Virus record (IMG/VR): IMGVR_UViG_3300049740_002155
DNA length: 64,000 bases
From: a virus
Lineage: Duplodnaviria; Caudoviricetes
Reading direction: 5' to 3' (one strand)
The position numbers and the translations under genes are program-made. Each line of letters opens with the position of its first letter. Position 1 is the first letter of the stretch. This document shows, piece after piece, positions 1 to 10,368 of the stretch. Under the pieces are notes generated by a model. The model was not told the origin of the DNA and did not search any database. It was given only the letters and a program-made list of their open reading frames with translations.

Positions 1-2
1 TA

Positions 3-185
3 GTAGAAAGAACACGATTAGATCACTTGGCATTTAAATTTTATGATAATCCAAGTTATTGGTGGATACTTGCACTTGCAAATGGAATAAAAGGAACAAT
101 GTATGTTCAACCAGGAACGAGAATAAGAATACCCGAGAGTGTAAATGAAGTAATCAACGATCACAGAAAAATCAACAATCGATAA
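3..185 (+). CDS. C-terminal part of baseplate wedge / LysM-like (T4 gp53-like) protein, truncated by window start
   Basis: Own translation of frame 3: RLDHLAFKFYDNPSYWWILALAN...PGTRIRIP, the LysM/gp53-type pattern; lies directly upstream of a hub-like gene. Confidence 0.7.
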   Translation, partial: VERTRLDHLAFKFYDNPSYWWILALANGIKGTMYVQPGTRIRIPESVNEVINDHRKINNR

Positions 186-187
186 TT

Positions 188-3100
188 ATGTTTCCGAGTA
201 GTATAACTAATTTGCTAAAGAAAAAAGCATCGGATATGATGCCGGCCGGTTTTGACTTCGGTGAACAGGAGCAAGAAGAAGAAAAAAATATTTCAGATTT
301 CGTAAATGATGAAAGTCTCAATCCGTTTGCAAAAACTAATAAACCAAGTAGTCTTGCTGATCAAGGATTGAAAAGTTTATTTGGTGGAGGATCATCCAAC
401 ACAGATAGTGGTGGAGGATTTTCTGACATGGTCGGTGGTGCATTAGGTGCATTTGGTCTAGGTGGGGGTGATGGAAAAGATTTTCTTGATAAATTAAGAA
501 GTGATAAAAAATCAGACGGAGGTGAAAAACCATTATTTGAAAGTAAAGACGCCGCAAAGGCAGAATTGCTTACTAAACAAGCAAAACCACCTCCTACCGG
601 AACTCCAATGGATGAATCATTTCCATCTGGTAATTCTGCACAATTTGGAACTACACATATACGTCCTTGGGTGCGACATGAATTGATGAGAAGAGAACGA
701 AACACTGGTATGAATTATCCAGATAACGGTCAATATTCTTCGTATGTAGGAGCACCATTGGCAGGTGAAGATGGAGATTTTTCTGAAAGTTATGAGGATA
801 CCTTGTATAGAGGACCAAAAACTGCTTGGATGCGAGTAGTATCAAATGCAGTTGCAAAGGATGAAAGTGACCCAACTGGAAATAAAAAGTTTTTCGGATT
901 TGAATTGGGTGGAACTGCAAGCACAAATAAGTCGGCAACTAAATTGGACGATAGGTACGATTCATTTGAAAGAATGTATGGATTTGATCAAGATACTGGT
1001 CAGGGTGTAGGAAAAACATTTATGGGGTGGGGATATGATTCCACAGATGGTGGTCAGAAAGTCCCTCACATGGTAGAGGAAATGGATTTTAAACACAGAC
1101 CGTCACCCGGTATAAATTCAATTAAATGTGAAGATAAAGATCCTGGTGCAAATATAAGAGAAACTACTGTTTCTTTCACCGTATTTAGTAGATCACAATT
1201 AGATTATATTGATGATTATTTTTTTAAATTAGGAACGACTGCAATTGTAGAGTGGGGGTGGAATACATATCCAAGAGAAAATGTTGTAGATTATAGTAAA
1301 CTAGGAGCAATACCTCAATACGCAAGAGGAAGTCGTGTAAAAGATGAAAACTTACTTGATAAAGTAAATGCAAGACGATTTGAAATGGGAAAAACTGACC
1401 CTCTGTCTAAAAAAGATATTGACGATGATGTTGTGTATCAATACGGTGGTGGTAACGGTATACTTGGATTGTGGAATGATAGTGTTTTGGCAAATACTGC
1501 TCTTAAAAATGGAAAAGGCAACTATGCGTTTGCCATCGGATTTCTATCAAGTTATAGTTTTAATTTGCGTGATGATGGTGGATATGATTGTGAAGTAAAA
1601 ATAACATCACAAGCAGGTGGTGCGTGTGCTCTTAGTAACGATTCGTCTGGTAAGAAGGGCAAGAAAAAAGAAGATAAAGAAAAAGATAATAAAGAGGATT
1701 TTAAATATTTTATTGAAAACAAATTGGATGAAATCTTGATGGATGAAGGTGACGGAAATGATTTTTGGGATTGGGGTGATTCTGACGATAACGAAAAACA
1801 CGCAACTAAAATGGCGGGTAAGGCATACGGAAGATTCTTTCAATTTGATCAAAGCATAGGTGGAAAAGATGCGTGGCACTCTGACCGTGAAGATTGTTAT
1901 ATAACATTCGGTTATTTTATTGATATAGTTAATTTCTTTTTCTCAAAAAAAATGAGTAAATCTAAGGCAACGGTATTTGAATTTTCCGTTGGTGGTTGTA
2001 GATGTGTTGCACATCCCAATATAAAATCAACTGACGGAAAGGTTTTATTGATACCAAATGTAACTTCACCCCGATATAACAAAGCAGATAGTGGTGGCTA
2101 TAAGTTTGGTGAGGGTGGATATAAAAGTGATGTTGAAGGTGCAATTATGGAAGAAAGTTTTGAGGGTAATACAGCCGGAGCAGCCGCAGACGCATTTTTT
2201 CAAGTTGTAAATGCAGAAATAAACGAGGGTGGTGGTGGTGATACACGAATTAAATCTCTCAGTGATGCGTTAGATGCTTCCCCCCGTGATGATTTGTATA
2301 GTATGCTATCGGCAGCTGCCAAACGAGCAGTAGAAAGAGGTGATTTACCGAAAGGTGTTACGGATATAATGGTTCGTCCTTTTCCAGATTATGCAACGAT
2401 TGATGGACAATCCACAGATGGATTCAGTGGAAGAATACAAGATTTATTTATAAACTATAATGTCATTAAAGATTCTGTATCAAACGGACAAGATATAAAA
2501 CAAATAATTAAAGACATTTTAAAGAAAGCATCAACGGCTGCAGGTGGGGTATGGGATTTTGATGTAGTTGGAGCAGATACTGCGGTTTCAAACAGCACTA
2601 CTGCAATAATTGTAGATAGACGATATTCTGGTCAAACCAATACATACGATATACAAAAAGATGATCAAACATGGAAATTTAAATCTCATACGAAAAATAG
2701 TGTAGTTAGGGGATTGTCCTTAGACATATCCGTGGCACAAGAAACCTCACAACAAACGATTTTTCCAAAAGAAGATCAGAATTCTCAGGCAGATTTTCAT
2801 TCAAGAGGTAGAATGGATAGAGTTCTTGACGGAGAAGCCGAGCAAATTGAGGCACAAAAACTCAATGAAGATACCAAACCAGAAGACGAAGATGAAGACG
2901 AAGATGACATTGAGTCGGAAGAAAAATTTATAGTAGGGCAGATGGTGGGTGCAAAATGGATAGATATTGAGTGTGTTGACCCAGACAGAAATCGTATGTT
3001 GGCAGGTATGAAGAAAGATAATAACAAAAAAAATAGTGTAAAAAATAATATACCACTTGATGGTTGTAAGGTAACACTTGAACTTGACGGAATAGAGGGC

Positions 3101-3259
3101 ATTCGGTTATTAGATGTATTCACCTGCACAGGTGTACCAACACGATACTTTATGAATGGTCATTGGAGAGCACAATCGGTATCACATGAAATATCCAATA
3201 ATGAGTGGGTAACCACGGTTGAGGGTGAGTATTTACCAAGTCCGGATACAAGCACATAA
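188..3259 (+). CDS. Baseplate hub-like (gp27/late control D-like) structural protein with Gly/acidic N-terminal extension
   Basis: 1023 aa; C-terminal VTLELDGIEGIRLLDVF...QSVSHEISNNEWVTTVEG resembles hub beta-barrel ends; follows LysM wedge gene. Confidence 0.55.
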   Translation: MFPSSITNLLKKKASDMMPAGFDFGEQEQEEEKNISDFVNDESLNPFAKTNKPSSLADQGLKSLFGGGSSNTDSGGGFSDMVGGALGAFGLGGGDGKDFLDKLRSDKKSDGGEKPLFESKDAAKAELLTKQAKPPPTGTPMDESFPSGNSAQFGTTHIRPWVRHELMRRERNTGMNYPDNGQYSSYVGAPLAGEDGDFSESYEDTLYRGPKTAWMRVVSNAVAKDESDPTGNKKFFGFELGGTASTNKSATKLDDRYDSFERMYGFDQDTGQGVGKTFMGWGYDSTDGGQKVPHMVEEMDFKHRPSPGINSIKCEDKDPGANIRETTVSFTVFSRSQLDYIDDYFFKLGTTAIVEWGWNTYPRENVVDYSKLGAIPQYARGSRVKDENLLDKVNARRFEMGKTDPLSKKDIDDDVVYQYGGGNGILGLWNDSVLANTALKNGKGNYAFAIGFLSSYSFNLRDDGGYDCEVKITSQAGGACALSNDSSGKKGKKKEDKEKDNKEDFKYFIENKLDEILMDEGDGNDFWDWGDSDDNEKHATKMAGKAYGRFFQFDQSIGGKDAWHSDREDCYITFGYFIDIVNFFFSKKMSKSKATVFEFSVGGCRCVAHPNIKSTDGKVLLIPNVTSPRYNKADSGGYKFGEGGYKSDVEGAIMEESFEGNTAGAAADAFFQVVNAEINEGGGGDTRIKSLSDALDASPRDDLYSMLSAAAKRAVERGDLPKGVTDIMVRPFPDYATIDGQSTDGFSGRIQDLFINYNVIKDSVSNGQDIKQIIKDILKKASTAAGGVWDFDVVGADTAVSNSTTAIIVDRRYSGQTNTYDIQKDDQTWKFKSHTKNSVVRGLSLDISVAQETSQQTIFPKEDQNSQADFHSRGRMDRVLDGEAEQIEAQKLNEDTKPEDEDEDEDDIESEEKFIVGQMVGAKWIDIECVDPDRNRMLAGMKKDNNKKNSVKNNIPLDGCKVTLELDGIEGIRLLDVFTCTGVPTRYFMNGHWRAQSVSHEISNNEWVTTVEGEYLPSPDTST

Positions 3260-3261
3260 AA

Positions 3262-3690
3262 ATGGAAGAATATACTGAAGATTTAGAAGAAAAAGAAAAG
3301 TATTTACTTCTCTTAAATAAAACAGGAGCAAGTTTGAAACCAACTTATCTTAGTAACAATCCAACAGATAAAGTTGTAGAACCATCGACAGATGATTATA
3401 TAAAAGGAATGATGAATAGATATTTTGTAGCAAAAGCAAACGATTTATACTCACAGATATATGAAGTAACTCCTGCTGAATATAAACAATTTAAAAAAAA
3501 TCCATTTTATGTAACCGCAACAATGAGGTGGAAAATAACAGGTCCTTTAAAAAATGTTTATGACAGAGGAATTTTAAAAAATCGTGGAGTAGTTGATTTT
3601 AATATGGTGTCATATCAGGAAATTCAGGCAGTCATGCCACGAATCGACACTAAGATAAGTGCATTGAATCAATTTCACAAAACTGATTGA
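3262..3690 (+). CDS. Hypothetical phage protein
   Basis: 142-aa ORF packed directly after the hub gene. Confidence 0.7.
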   Translation: MEEYTEDLEEKEKYLLLLNKTGASLKPTYLSNNPTDKVVEPSTDDYIKGMMNRYFVAKANDLYSQIYEVTPAEYKQFKKNPFYVTATMRWKITGPLKNVYDRGILKNRGVVDFNMVSYQEIQAVMPRIDTKISALNQFHKTD

Positions 3691-3715
3691 CATTGTTTTT
3701 ATATTTTAGTATGAT
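3687..3715 (+). promoter_or_regulatory. sigma70-type promoter (polA), leaderless
   Basis: TTGACA-17 nt-TATGAT, then 6 nt to ATG 3722. Confidence 0.8.
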
Positions 3716-3721
3716 GGAAAC

Positions 3722-5020
3722 ATGACAATTTATGTCGAGACATTAAATGATTTCCAAGATTTTCAAACTGGCATAGCAAACGGAACTTGCTTTTTTCATT
3801 TTATTTATGATGAAAGTGTGCATCCGATCAAGGTTCAACCATGTGTTTTATTTGTATATCACTTTGAAACTGACAAAACATTTGTATTTTCATTTAATCA
3901 TCCAGATGTAGTTTGTATAAACTATAACATACTAAAAAATTTAGTAAATGTAAATGCAACAAAATTAATTTATGATAAAAAGAATGTGTCACATTTTTGT
4001 AATATGAATAATTTTATCGATATTAAATTTGATAGGTATACAAAAACACTTAATGAAATTTCATGTAAACTCCCTGCGTATAAAGATATCAGGTCCTGTC
4101 CAATTATGATACTTAAAAAAAGTTTCGACGATACCTTGAAACTTTTTAAAAATGAAATTTCCAATATAGATGTAGATGCTTATACATTTGAAAACGAATT
4201 CTCAAGACAACTATCTAATATAGAAAAAAATGGAATTTATGTGAATAGATCAATGTTCAATATAGGAGATGTATCATTGTTAGATGATGATGATCTAATT
4301 TATAGTCAATATAATATCTTAACCCCAGCGAATAGACCAAGTAATCGTTTTTCAAAAATAAACTTTGCGGCTTTAAATAAAAAGAAAAATGAACGAGATT
4401 CCATTTGTAGTCGGTATGAAGATGGTGCTATTGTAATGGTGGATTACGAGAGTTATCATTTAAGATTATTTGCAGACTATGTGAGATTTGAATTACCAAA
4501 ATCTTCTTTGCATGAATACCTTGGAAAATTATATCACGATAAAGAAACACTAACCGAGGAAGAGTACGAGTTGTCCAAGAAAATTACTTTTAACATAATG
4601 TATGGTGGTGTCTCTGATGATATACGTAATAATATTCCGTTCATGGCAAAAATAGCAGATTATGCGGAGAATATGTATAAAAAATATTTAGAAGATGGTT
4701 TTGTTAATACGTGGTATTTTAATCGTAAGATGAGATACGAAACCTACGGTAAATTAAATCCCTATAAATTATTTAATTATCTTTTACAAAATGCCGAAAC
4801 TGAACGAAATTGTTTAATGATGAAAAATATTCACTCGGTTATTGAGAATACGGATGTTAAATTAATACTCTATCATTACGATGCATTTATATTTGACATG
4901 AAGTCAACCGACTTTATTTTGACCAAGAAAATTAAAAGTAAACTACACGAAGATGGTAAATTTCCTGTAAAGTTTTATGCGGGAATAAACTATGGCAATA
5001 TGAAATTAGTTAATGTTTGA
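3722..5020 (+). CDS. polA: Compact family-A DNA polymerase
   Basis: Motif A VDYESYHLR, motif B SKKITFNIMYG, motif C HYDAFIFD; RPSNRF and INFAALNK palm/thumb motifs. Confidence 0.8.
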   Translation: MTIYVETLNDFQDFQTGIANGTCFFHFIYDESVHPIKVQPCVLFVYHFETDKTFVFSFNHPDVVCINYNILKNLVNVNATKLIYDKKNVSHFCNMNNFIDIKFDRYTKTLNEISCKLPAYKDIRSCPIMILKKSFDDTLKLFKNEISNIDVDAYTFENEFSRQLSNIEKNGIYVNRSMFNIGDVSLLDDDDLIYSQYNILTPANRPSNRFSKINFAALNKKKNERDSICSRYEDGAIVMVDYESYHLRLFADYVRFELPKSSLHEYLGKLYHDKETLTEEEYELSKKITFNIMYGGVSDDIRNNIPFMAKIADYAENMYKKYLEDGFVNTWYFNRKMRYETYGKLNPYKLFNYLLQNAETERNCLMMKNIHSVIENTDVKLILYHYDAFIFDMKSTDFILTKKIKSKLHEDGKFPVKFYAGINYGNMKLVNV

Positions 5021-5075
5021 GAAAAGAATTGATATTTATATGTATATTTTAATTTTTAAATGGTTATATAAGTAC

Positions 5076-5474
5076 ATGAAAACTCAATTGTTATGCACCT
5101 TCTCTCAGATAAATGATTATCGTATGGTGATTAACAAAATAACAAACTTTTACAAAATAGTATTTGGAAAAGTTTATGTATTGCAAAACAAAGATGATGT
5201 AGATGAATTAATGTTGACATATAACATCGACGCAGATGTTTGCACTCAATCTAGTTTTTTTCCAGACACAATAAGTGTGCATAGGAAAAAAGATTCAAAT
5301 ACACTTTACACCATTAACTCACTTAATGGGTTGATTAAAAAACTTAATAATGGTGTTTTGGACACTGCTTATTCAATAAATTGGAATGACTATAAAAATA
5401 CAATATTATTGACAGACTCTGACAAGGGTGTAAGATTAGTGCCAACAAAACTTTACGAAATCATAAAAATTTAA
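5076..5474 (+). CDS. Hypothetical phage protein (MKTQLLCTF...)
   Basis: ORF track 5013-5474; start moved to ATG 5076 to avoid overlap with polA and an AT-rich low-complexity upstream part. Confidence 0.65.
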   Translation: MKTQLLCTFSQINDYRMVINKITNFYKIVFGKVYVLQNKDDVDELMLTYNIDADVCTQSSFFPDTISVHRKKDSNTLYTINSLNGLIKKLNNGVLDTAYSINWNDYKNTILLTDSDKGVRLVPTKLYEIIKI

Positions 5475-5482
5475 TTTATTAT

Positions 5483-5511
5483 TTGACTCACTCACAAAAA
5501 AAATATAAGGT
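5483..5511 (+). promoter_or_regulatory. sigma70-type promoter (prkA operon)
   Basis: TTGACT-17 nt-TAAGGT, 7 nt to ATG 5519. Confidence 0.65.
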
Positions 5512-5518
5512 AATGGTT

Positions 5519-7621
5519 ATGGAAAATAAAAAACGACAAAAAGAAAACAAAGAAGACACTCAAAAGCATCTCGCATCGTTAATTACGGCTGATAACAATG
5601 ATGCGGTAAGCACATATGAGTCTTTAAATTGGACAGGTACATTTTGGGATTATGTAGAAATGTTGGAACAAAATCCAAGTATTGCAAAAAATTCGTATCA
5701 AAGACTTTACGACATGGTTATGTCACATGGTGTAGAAGAATTTACTTATTGTAAACGTAAACACATTAAGTATAAGTTTTTCGAGGGTCTTGGGGACATT
5801 TCTATTTATGGTCTTGAAGAAAATTTGATGGAATTTATGGATATTCTTAAAAGTGCAAGTAGACACTATGGACCAGAACGACGTGTTATTTTATTACACG
5901 GTCCGGTAGGAAGTAGTAAGTCAACTATTGTAACTGCACTTAAAAAGGGTCTTGAGCAATACACACAAACTGAAGAAGGTGCTTTATATTCATTCAGTTG
6001 GAAGGTTTCTGATAAAGATGGAAACGAAGTCATTGTTCCATGCCCAATGAATGAAGAACCTTTGAAACTTTTACCAGACGATGTGCGTAATGAAATTATT
6101 TCTAGATTAAATGCACAACGTAGTGATGATGACTATAAACTTAAATTAGATGGTGCATTGAATCCGGTTAATGAGTTTTACTATAATCAATTAATGGAGA
6201 TGCACGGAGGAGATTACAGAAAGGTACTCGATCATATTGTCGTACGTCGTGTTACTCTTTCAGAAAAGAATCGTGTCGGAATCGGTACTTTCCAGCCGAA
6301 AGACGAAAAGTCACAAGACGCAACCGAGTTAACAGGTGATATTAATTATCGCAAGTTGGCAGAATACGGAAGTGAAAGTGATCCACGTGCATTTGATTTT
6401 GATGGTGAATTTTTAGTATCAAATCGTGGACTCATTGAGTTCCAAGAAATTCTTAAACTTCAAACTGAGTTTTTATATGACTTGTTGGGTGCTACTCAAG
6501 AACACCGTGTTAAACCACGTCGTTTTAATCAAGTACCTATTGATGAAGTTATTCTTGGACACACCAATAATGCTGAGTTTGAAAAGTTAACAAACAATAA
6601 ATTTATGGAAGCACTTCGTGATAGAACTATCAAGATTGACATTCCTTATCTTCTTAAAATTGACGAAGAAAAGAAAATCTATGATCACTTCTACAACACG
6701 GATACTGTAAATAAACACATTGCACCTCATACAACTTATTTGGCTGCATTGTTTGCAGTTGTAAGTCGTTTGGAAGAAAGTTCAAAGCAAGACATGAGCA
6801 TCATTCAAAAAGCAAAACTTTACAATGGTCAAAGTGTACATGGATTCACAGATGAACACGTTAAAGAAATGCAAGAAGAATCTCCAAAAGAAGGATTGTA
6901 TGGTGGAGTATCTGCTCGTTTCGTTCAGAACCAGTTTTCTAATGCAATCGTTAATCCAAGAATGGGTGCTAAGAGTTTGAATCCTTTCATGTTGTTTGCA
7001 CAAATCCGTGAAGGACTTAAAAGTTATAGTGGATTTTCATCGGAAGATGATAAGAAGAACATGATGGAACGGCTTGAATCTGTTGAAAAGGAATACGATA
7101 GAATTGTGAAACGAGAAGTACAACAAGCACTTAGTAGCAGTGAAGAAGCAATAAAAGCACTTTGTACAAATTACATTGATAATATCGTTGCATACATTCA
7201 AGACGAAAAAGTTACCAATCCAGTTACAGGCAAAGAAGAAGTTGCAAATGAACAACTTATGCGTAGTATCGAAGAAAAGATTGGTATTTCCAATGGTATG
7301 AAGGATGACTTCCGTAGAGAAATTATGAACTATATGGGTGGACTTGCCGCCAAGGGTAAAGAATTCAAGTATGATTCAAACGAGCAACTTTACAAAGCAC
7401 TTGAAAAGAAGTTATTTGAAGATACTAAAGATAGCATCAAGTTATCTGCTCTTGCACAAGATACTGCAACCGTAGTTGATAAAGAACTTCTTGAAAAGAT
7501 TGACGCACTTAAGCAACGTCTTATTACATCCTTCGGATATGATGCAGATAGTGCTTCTGATGTTCTTACATATGTAGGTAGTATTTTTGCAAGAGGTGAT
7601 GCAGACGAAGACGAAGATTAA
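5519..7621 (+). CDS. prkA: PrkA/YeaG family AAA+ protein (annotated serine kinase)
   Basis: LLHGPVGSSKST Walker A, CPMNEEPL, GIGTFQPKDEKSQD, NRGLIEFQE, RDRTIKIDIPY; start moved to ATG 5519. Confidence 0.93.
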   Translation: MENKKRQKENKEDTQKHLASLITADNNDAVSTYESLNWTGTFWDYVEMLEQNPSIAKNSYQRLYDMVMSHGVEEFTYCKRKHIKYKFFEGLGDISIYGLEENLMEFMDILKSASRHYGPERRVILLHGPVGSSKSTIVTALKKGLEQYTQTEEGALYSFSWKVSDKDGNEVIVPCPMNEEPLKLLPDDVRNEIISRLNAQRSDDDYKLKLDGALNPVNEFYYNQLMEMHGGDYRKVLDHIVVRRVTLSEKNRVGIGTFQPKDEKSQDATELTGDINYRKLAEYGSESDPRAFDFDGEFLVSNRGLIEFQEILKLQTEFLYDLLGATQEHRVKPRRFNQVPIDEVILGHTNNAEFEKLTNNKFMEALRDRTIKIDIPYLLKIDEEKKIYDHFYNTDTVNKHIAPHTTYLAALFAVVSRLEESSKQDMSIIQKAKLYNGQSVHGFTDEHVKEMQEESPKEGLYGGVSARFVQNQFSNAIVNPRMGAKSLNPFMLFAQIREGLKSYSGFSSEDDKKNMMERLESVEKEYDRIVKREVQQALSSSEEAIKALCTNYIDNIVAYIQDEKVTNPVTGKEEVANEQLMRSIEEKIGISNGMKDDFRREIMNYMGGLAAKGKEFKYDSNEQLYKALEKKLFEDTKDSIKLSALAQDTATVVDKELLEKIDALKQRLITSFGYDADSASDVLTYVGSIFARGDADEDED

Positions 7622-7641
7622 TAGTCAACTGATACATTATT

Positions 7642-8796
7642 ATGCCATCTCGTAGAATTAGAGAAGACCACGGTGAATACAGAGATATCGTCAAGGGTAA
7701 TGTTGACGAAAAACTCAAAAAGCACATAAAGGGTGGTCAAAGAATATCACGAAGAGGAAAAGACTTCGTTGTTGTTCGTGTTCCCCATGTAGAACTTCCA
7801 AGTTTTCGTTACGGACAACCTTCCGATGGAAGTGGAATTGGAAACGGAGAAGCAGATGTTGGTGATGAAGTAGGAGAAGGACCACCCCAAGGTCAGGGGC
7901 AAGGTGGTCAACCAGGTGACGGTGGTGAAGGAGAAGGTGAAGGTCACGAAATTGATGTTGGAATTAGCATGGATGCTTATTTTGATATGATTGGTGAAGA
8001 ACTCCGTCTCCCGAATCTTCTTCCAAAAGAAAATGGGGAAATGGTAAAAGAAAAAATCAAATGGAATCGAATTGCCAAGGTGGGTAACAACAGTCTACTG
8101 CATAAAAGAAAAACTCTTAAAAATGCATTCAAACGATTGATTTCAACAGGTGACTACGATGAAAAAGATTTATCTAATTTCTATCCCATTAAAGATGACA
8201 AAGAATACAGAAGTTGGAGTTCAGTTGAAGTACCTGACACAAACGCAGCCATATTTTTTGTATCTGATATTTCTGCAAGTATGGACGAAGAAAAACGAGC
8301 ACTAATTCGTGAGTTGTGTTGGTATCTTGATAATTGGGTACAAAGATTTTATCAAGAAACACAAGTAAAATATATCGTTCACGATCACCATGCACAAGAA
8401 GTTGACCAAGAAAAATTCTACAAATATAAAAGTGGTGGTGGGACACAAATCAGTAGTGCGTTTCATTTGGTGAATGATATTGTAGAAAAAGCATTTCCTT
8501 TAAATGAATGGAACATCTATGTATTTTATTTGAGTGACGGAGAAAACTTTGGTTCTGATAACGATTTGTGCGTTGATTATTTAAAAACAATGCAAAAGTA
8601 TGCGAACCTAATTGGTATTACTGAAGTCAAGGCAGTTAGAAGTTGGGCTACATTTTTACCACACATTCAATCTAAATTATCAAGTGGTGAACTTGATCCT
8701 AAAACGATTGTAACTGCATCAATGGATTCTCCGTCTGATGTATTCAAAACTCTACAAAAATTATTAACACCTGCCGATGAAGAAGTACCTTTTTAA
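7642..8796 (+). CDS. yeaH: YeaH/YhbH (DUF444) vWA-domain protein
   Basis: Gly-rich linker, SDISASM MIDAS, SGGGTQISSA, WNIYVFYLSDGEN; follows prkA. Confidence 0.9.
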   Translation: MPSRRIREDHGEYRDIVKGNVDEKLKKHIKGGQRISRRGKDFVVVRVPHVELPSFRYGQPSDGSGIGNGEADVGDEVGEGPPQGQGQGGQPGDGGEGEGEGHEIDVGISMDAYFDMIGEELRLPNLLPKENGEMVKEKIKWNRIAKVGNNSLLHKRKTLKNAFKRLISTGDYDEKDLSNFYPIKDDKEYRSWSSVEVPDTNAAIFFVSDISASMDEEKRALIRELCWYLDNWVQRFYQETQVKYIVHDHHAQEVDQEKFYKYKSGGGTQISSAFHLVNDIVEKAFPLNEWNIYVFYLSDGENFGSDNDLCVDYLKTMQKYANLIGITEVKAVRSWATFLPHIQSKLSSGELDPKTIVTASMDSPSDVFKTLQKLLTPADEEVPF

Positions 8797-8799
8797 GTT

Positions 8800-10365
8800 A
8801 TGGGAATTGCATGGGAAGTAGATAGTTTAAACGAAGGAGTATGTCCAGAATTGGCTGCTCTTATACCTGAGTGTTTACAGGCTTGTTATGATAATGGACT
8901 TGATCCATACCCTTTGGTTATTGAAGAATTTGATGCTGACGAAATAGTTGAGATTGCGGCCTATGGTGGTTTTCCTGTTCGTTATCCTCATTTTAATTTC
9001 GGACAACAATTTGAACAACTTCATCATCAGTATCACTCTGGTATGGGTAAGATTTATGAGATGGTTGTAAATACTGATCCGACTTATATGTATCTACAAC
9101 GAAACAATCCTATTGTTGACAATTTAACTGTTGTTGCCCACGCAACTGCACATAGTGATTTCTTTAAGAACAACATTATGTTCAAGCATACGAATCGTAA
9201 TATGATGAATGTCATGGCAAATCATAGTGATAAAATTCGGATGTACATGGACCGTTTTGGTAGAAAGAAAGTAAAAGACTTTTTGAATGCGGCCTTGGCA
9301 ATTGATGATTTAATTGATCCGTCTTTATGCTACCGTGAAAGTAGTTTAAAGAAAGCAACGAAGTTTAATTTTGAAGACCGACAGCCACGTGAACACGTAT
9401 CTCGTCTCGAAACGAAAGAATATATGCAGAAGTATGTCAATCCATCTCATTATATTGAGAGACAAAGAAAAGAACGTGAGGAACGACAAAAGTTGGCAGA
9501 AAATAAATTTCCATTGAAACCTGAACGAGATATTATGTTGATGATAATTAACCATTGTCGTTTAGAACCTTGGCAACAAAATATTCTCAGCATGATTCGT
9601 GATGAGTCTATTTATTATCGTCCACAGGGAATGACAAAAGTTCTCAACGAAGGATGGGCAAGTTATTGGGATTCGTATATAATGGCAACTTGCAACTTTG
9701 CTGGTGATGACGGAATATTTGATTACGCAAAACATCACGCAGGAGTTCTTGGTGGAAAATACAACATGAACAATCCATATAAACTTGGAAATACTTTATT
9801 GCGTGATATTGAAGACCGTTGGAACAAAGGTAAGTTTGGTAAGGAATATGAAAATTGCGACAATGGGGATGAAAAAAGATATTGGAATAAGCATCTCAAT
9901 CTTGGTCGTGAAAAAATATATGAAGTTCGTGAGATGTATAATGATGTTACTTTCTTAAACGAATTTTTTACAAAAGAGTTTTGTGAAAAACATGAATACT
10001 TTGAGTATGCTTTAGATAAGTCAACAAACAAGTATGTTGTAGTAAGCAAAGACTACAAAAAAATAAAAGAGAAACTTGTTAATCGTCATGTTAATATGGG
10101 AAGACCTGTAATTTATATGGAGAATATGAAATATCAAAATACAGAAATCCTACTAAGACATGATTTTGAAGGTCGTCCACTTGATTTAAAATACGCAACC
10201 GGTACTATGGCATATCTGCATGAAATTATCAAGAAACCAATCAACCTTTTAACTTATGATGTTGAAACTGAGGGTTATGGTGAGAATAAAGAGACAATAG
10301 AAGTTGAAGTTCGTTATCGTTACAATAACGGTGAACTCAAACGATACGAAGGAAGCAAGATATAA
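8800..10365 (+). CDS. spoVR: SpoVR/YcgB family protein
   Basis: AYGGFPVRYPH, IYEMVVN, HATAHSDFFKNN, TKVLNEGWASYW, NPYKLG. Confidence 0.93.
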   Translation: MGIAWEVDSLNEGVCPELAALIPECLQACYDNGLDPYPLVIEEFDADEIVEIAAYGGFPVRYPHFNFGQQFEQLHHQYHSGMGKIYEMVVNTDPTYMYLQRNNPIVDNLTVVAHATAHSDFFKNNIMFKHTNRNMMNVMANHSDKIRMYMDRFGRKKVKDFLNAALAIDDLIDPSLCYRESSLKKATKFNFEDRQPREHVSRLETKEYMQKYVNPSHYIERQRKEREERQKLAENKFPLKPERDIMLMIINHCRLEPWQQNILSMIRDESIYYRPQGMTKVLNEGWASYWDSYIMATCNFAGDDGIFDYAKHHAGVLGGKYNMNNPYKLGNTLLRDIEDRWNKGKFGKEYENCDNGDEKRYWNKHLNLGREKIYEVREMYNDVTFLNEFFTKEFCEKHEYFEYALDKSTNKYVVVSKDYKKIKEKLVNRHVNMGRPVIYMENMKYQNTEILLRHDFEGRPLDLKYATGTMAYLHEIIKKPINLLTYDVETEGYGENKETIEVEVRYRYNNGELKRYEGSKI

Positions 10366-10368
10366 TAA

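Noticed and set aside
2878-2915. GAAGACGAAGAT repeats (also at the PrkA and protease C-termini) as a DNA repeat element
   Set aside because: They simply encode Asp/Glu-rich low-complexity linkers in frame.
3722-5020. polA as a pseudogene
   Set aside because: Uninterrupted ORF, both catalytic Asp and the motif-B Lys/Tyr retained, and a near-consensus promoter.
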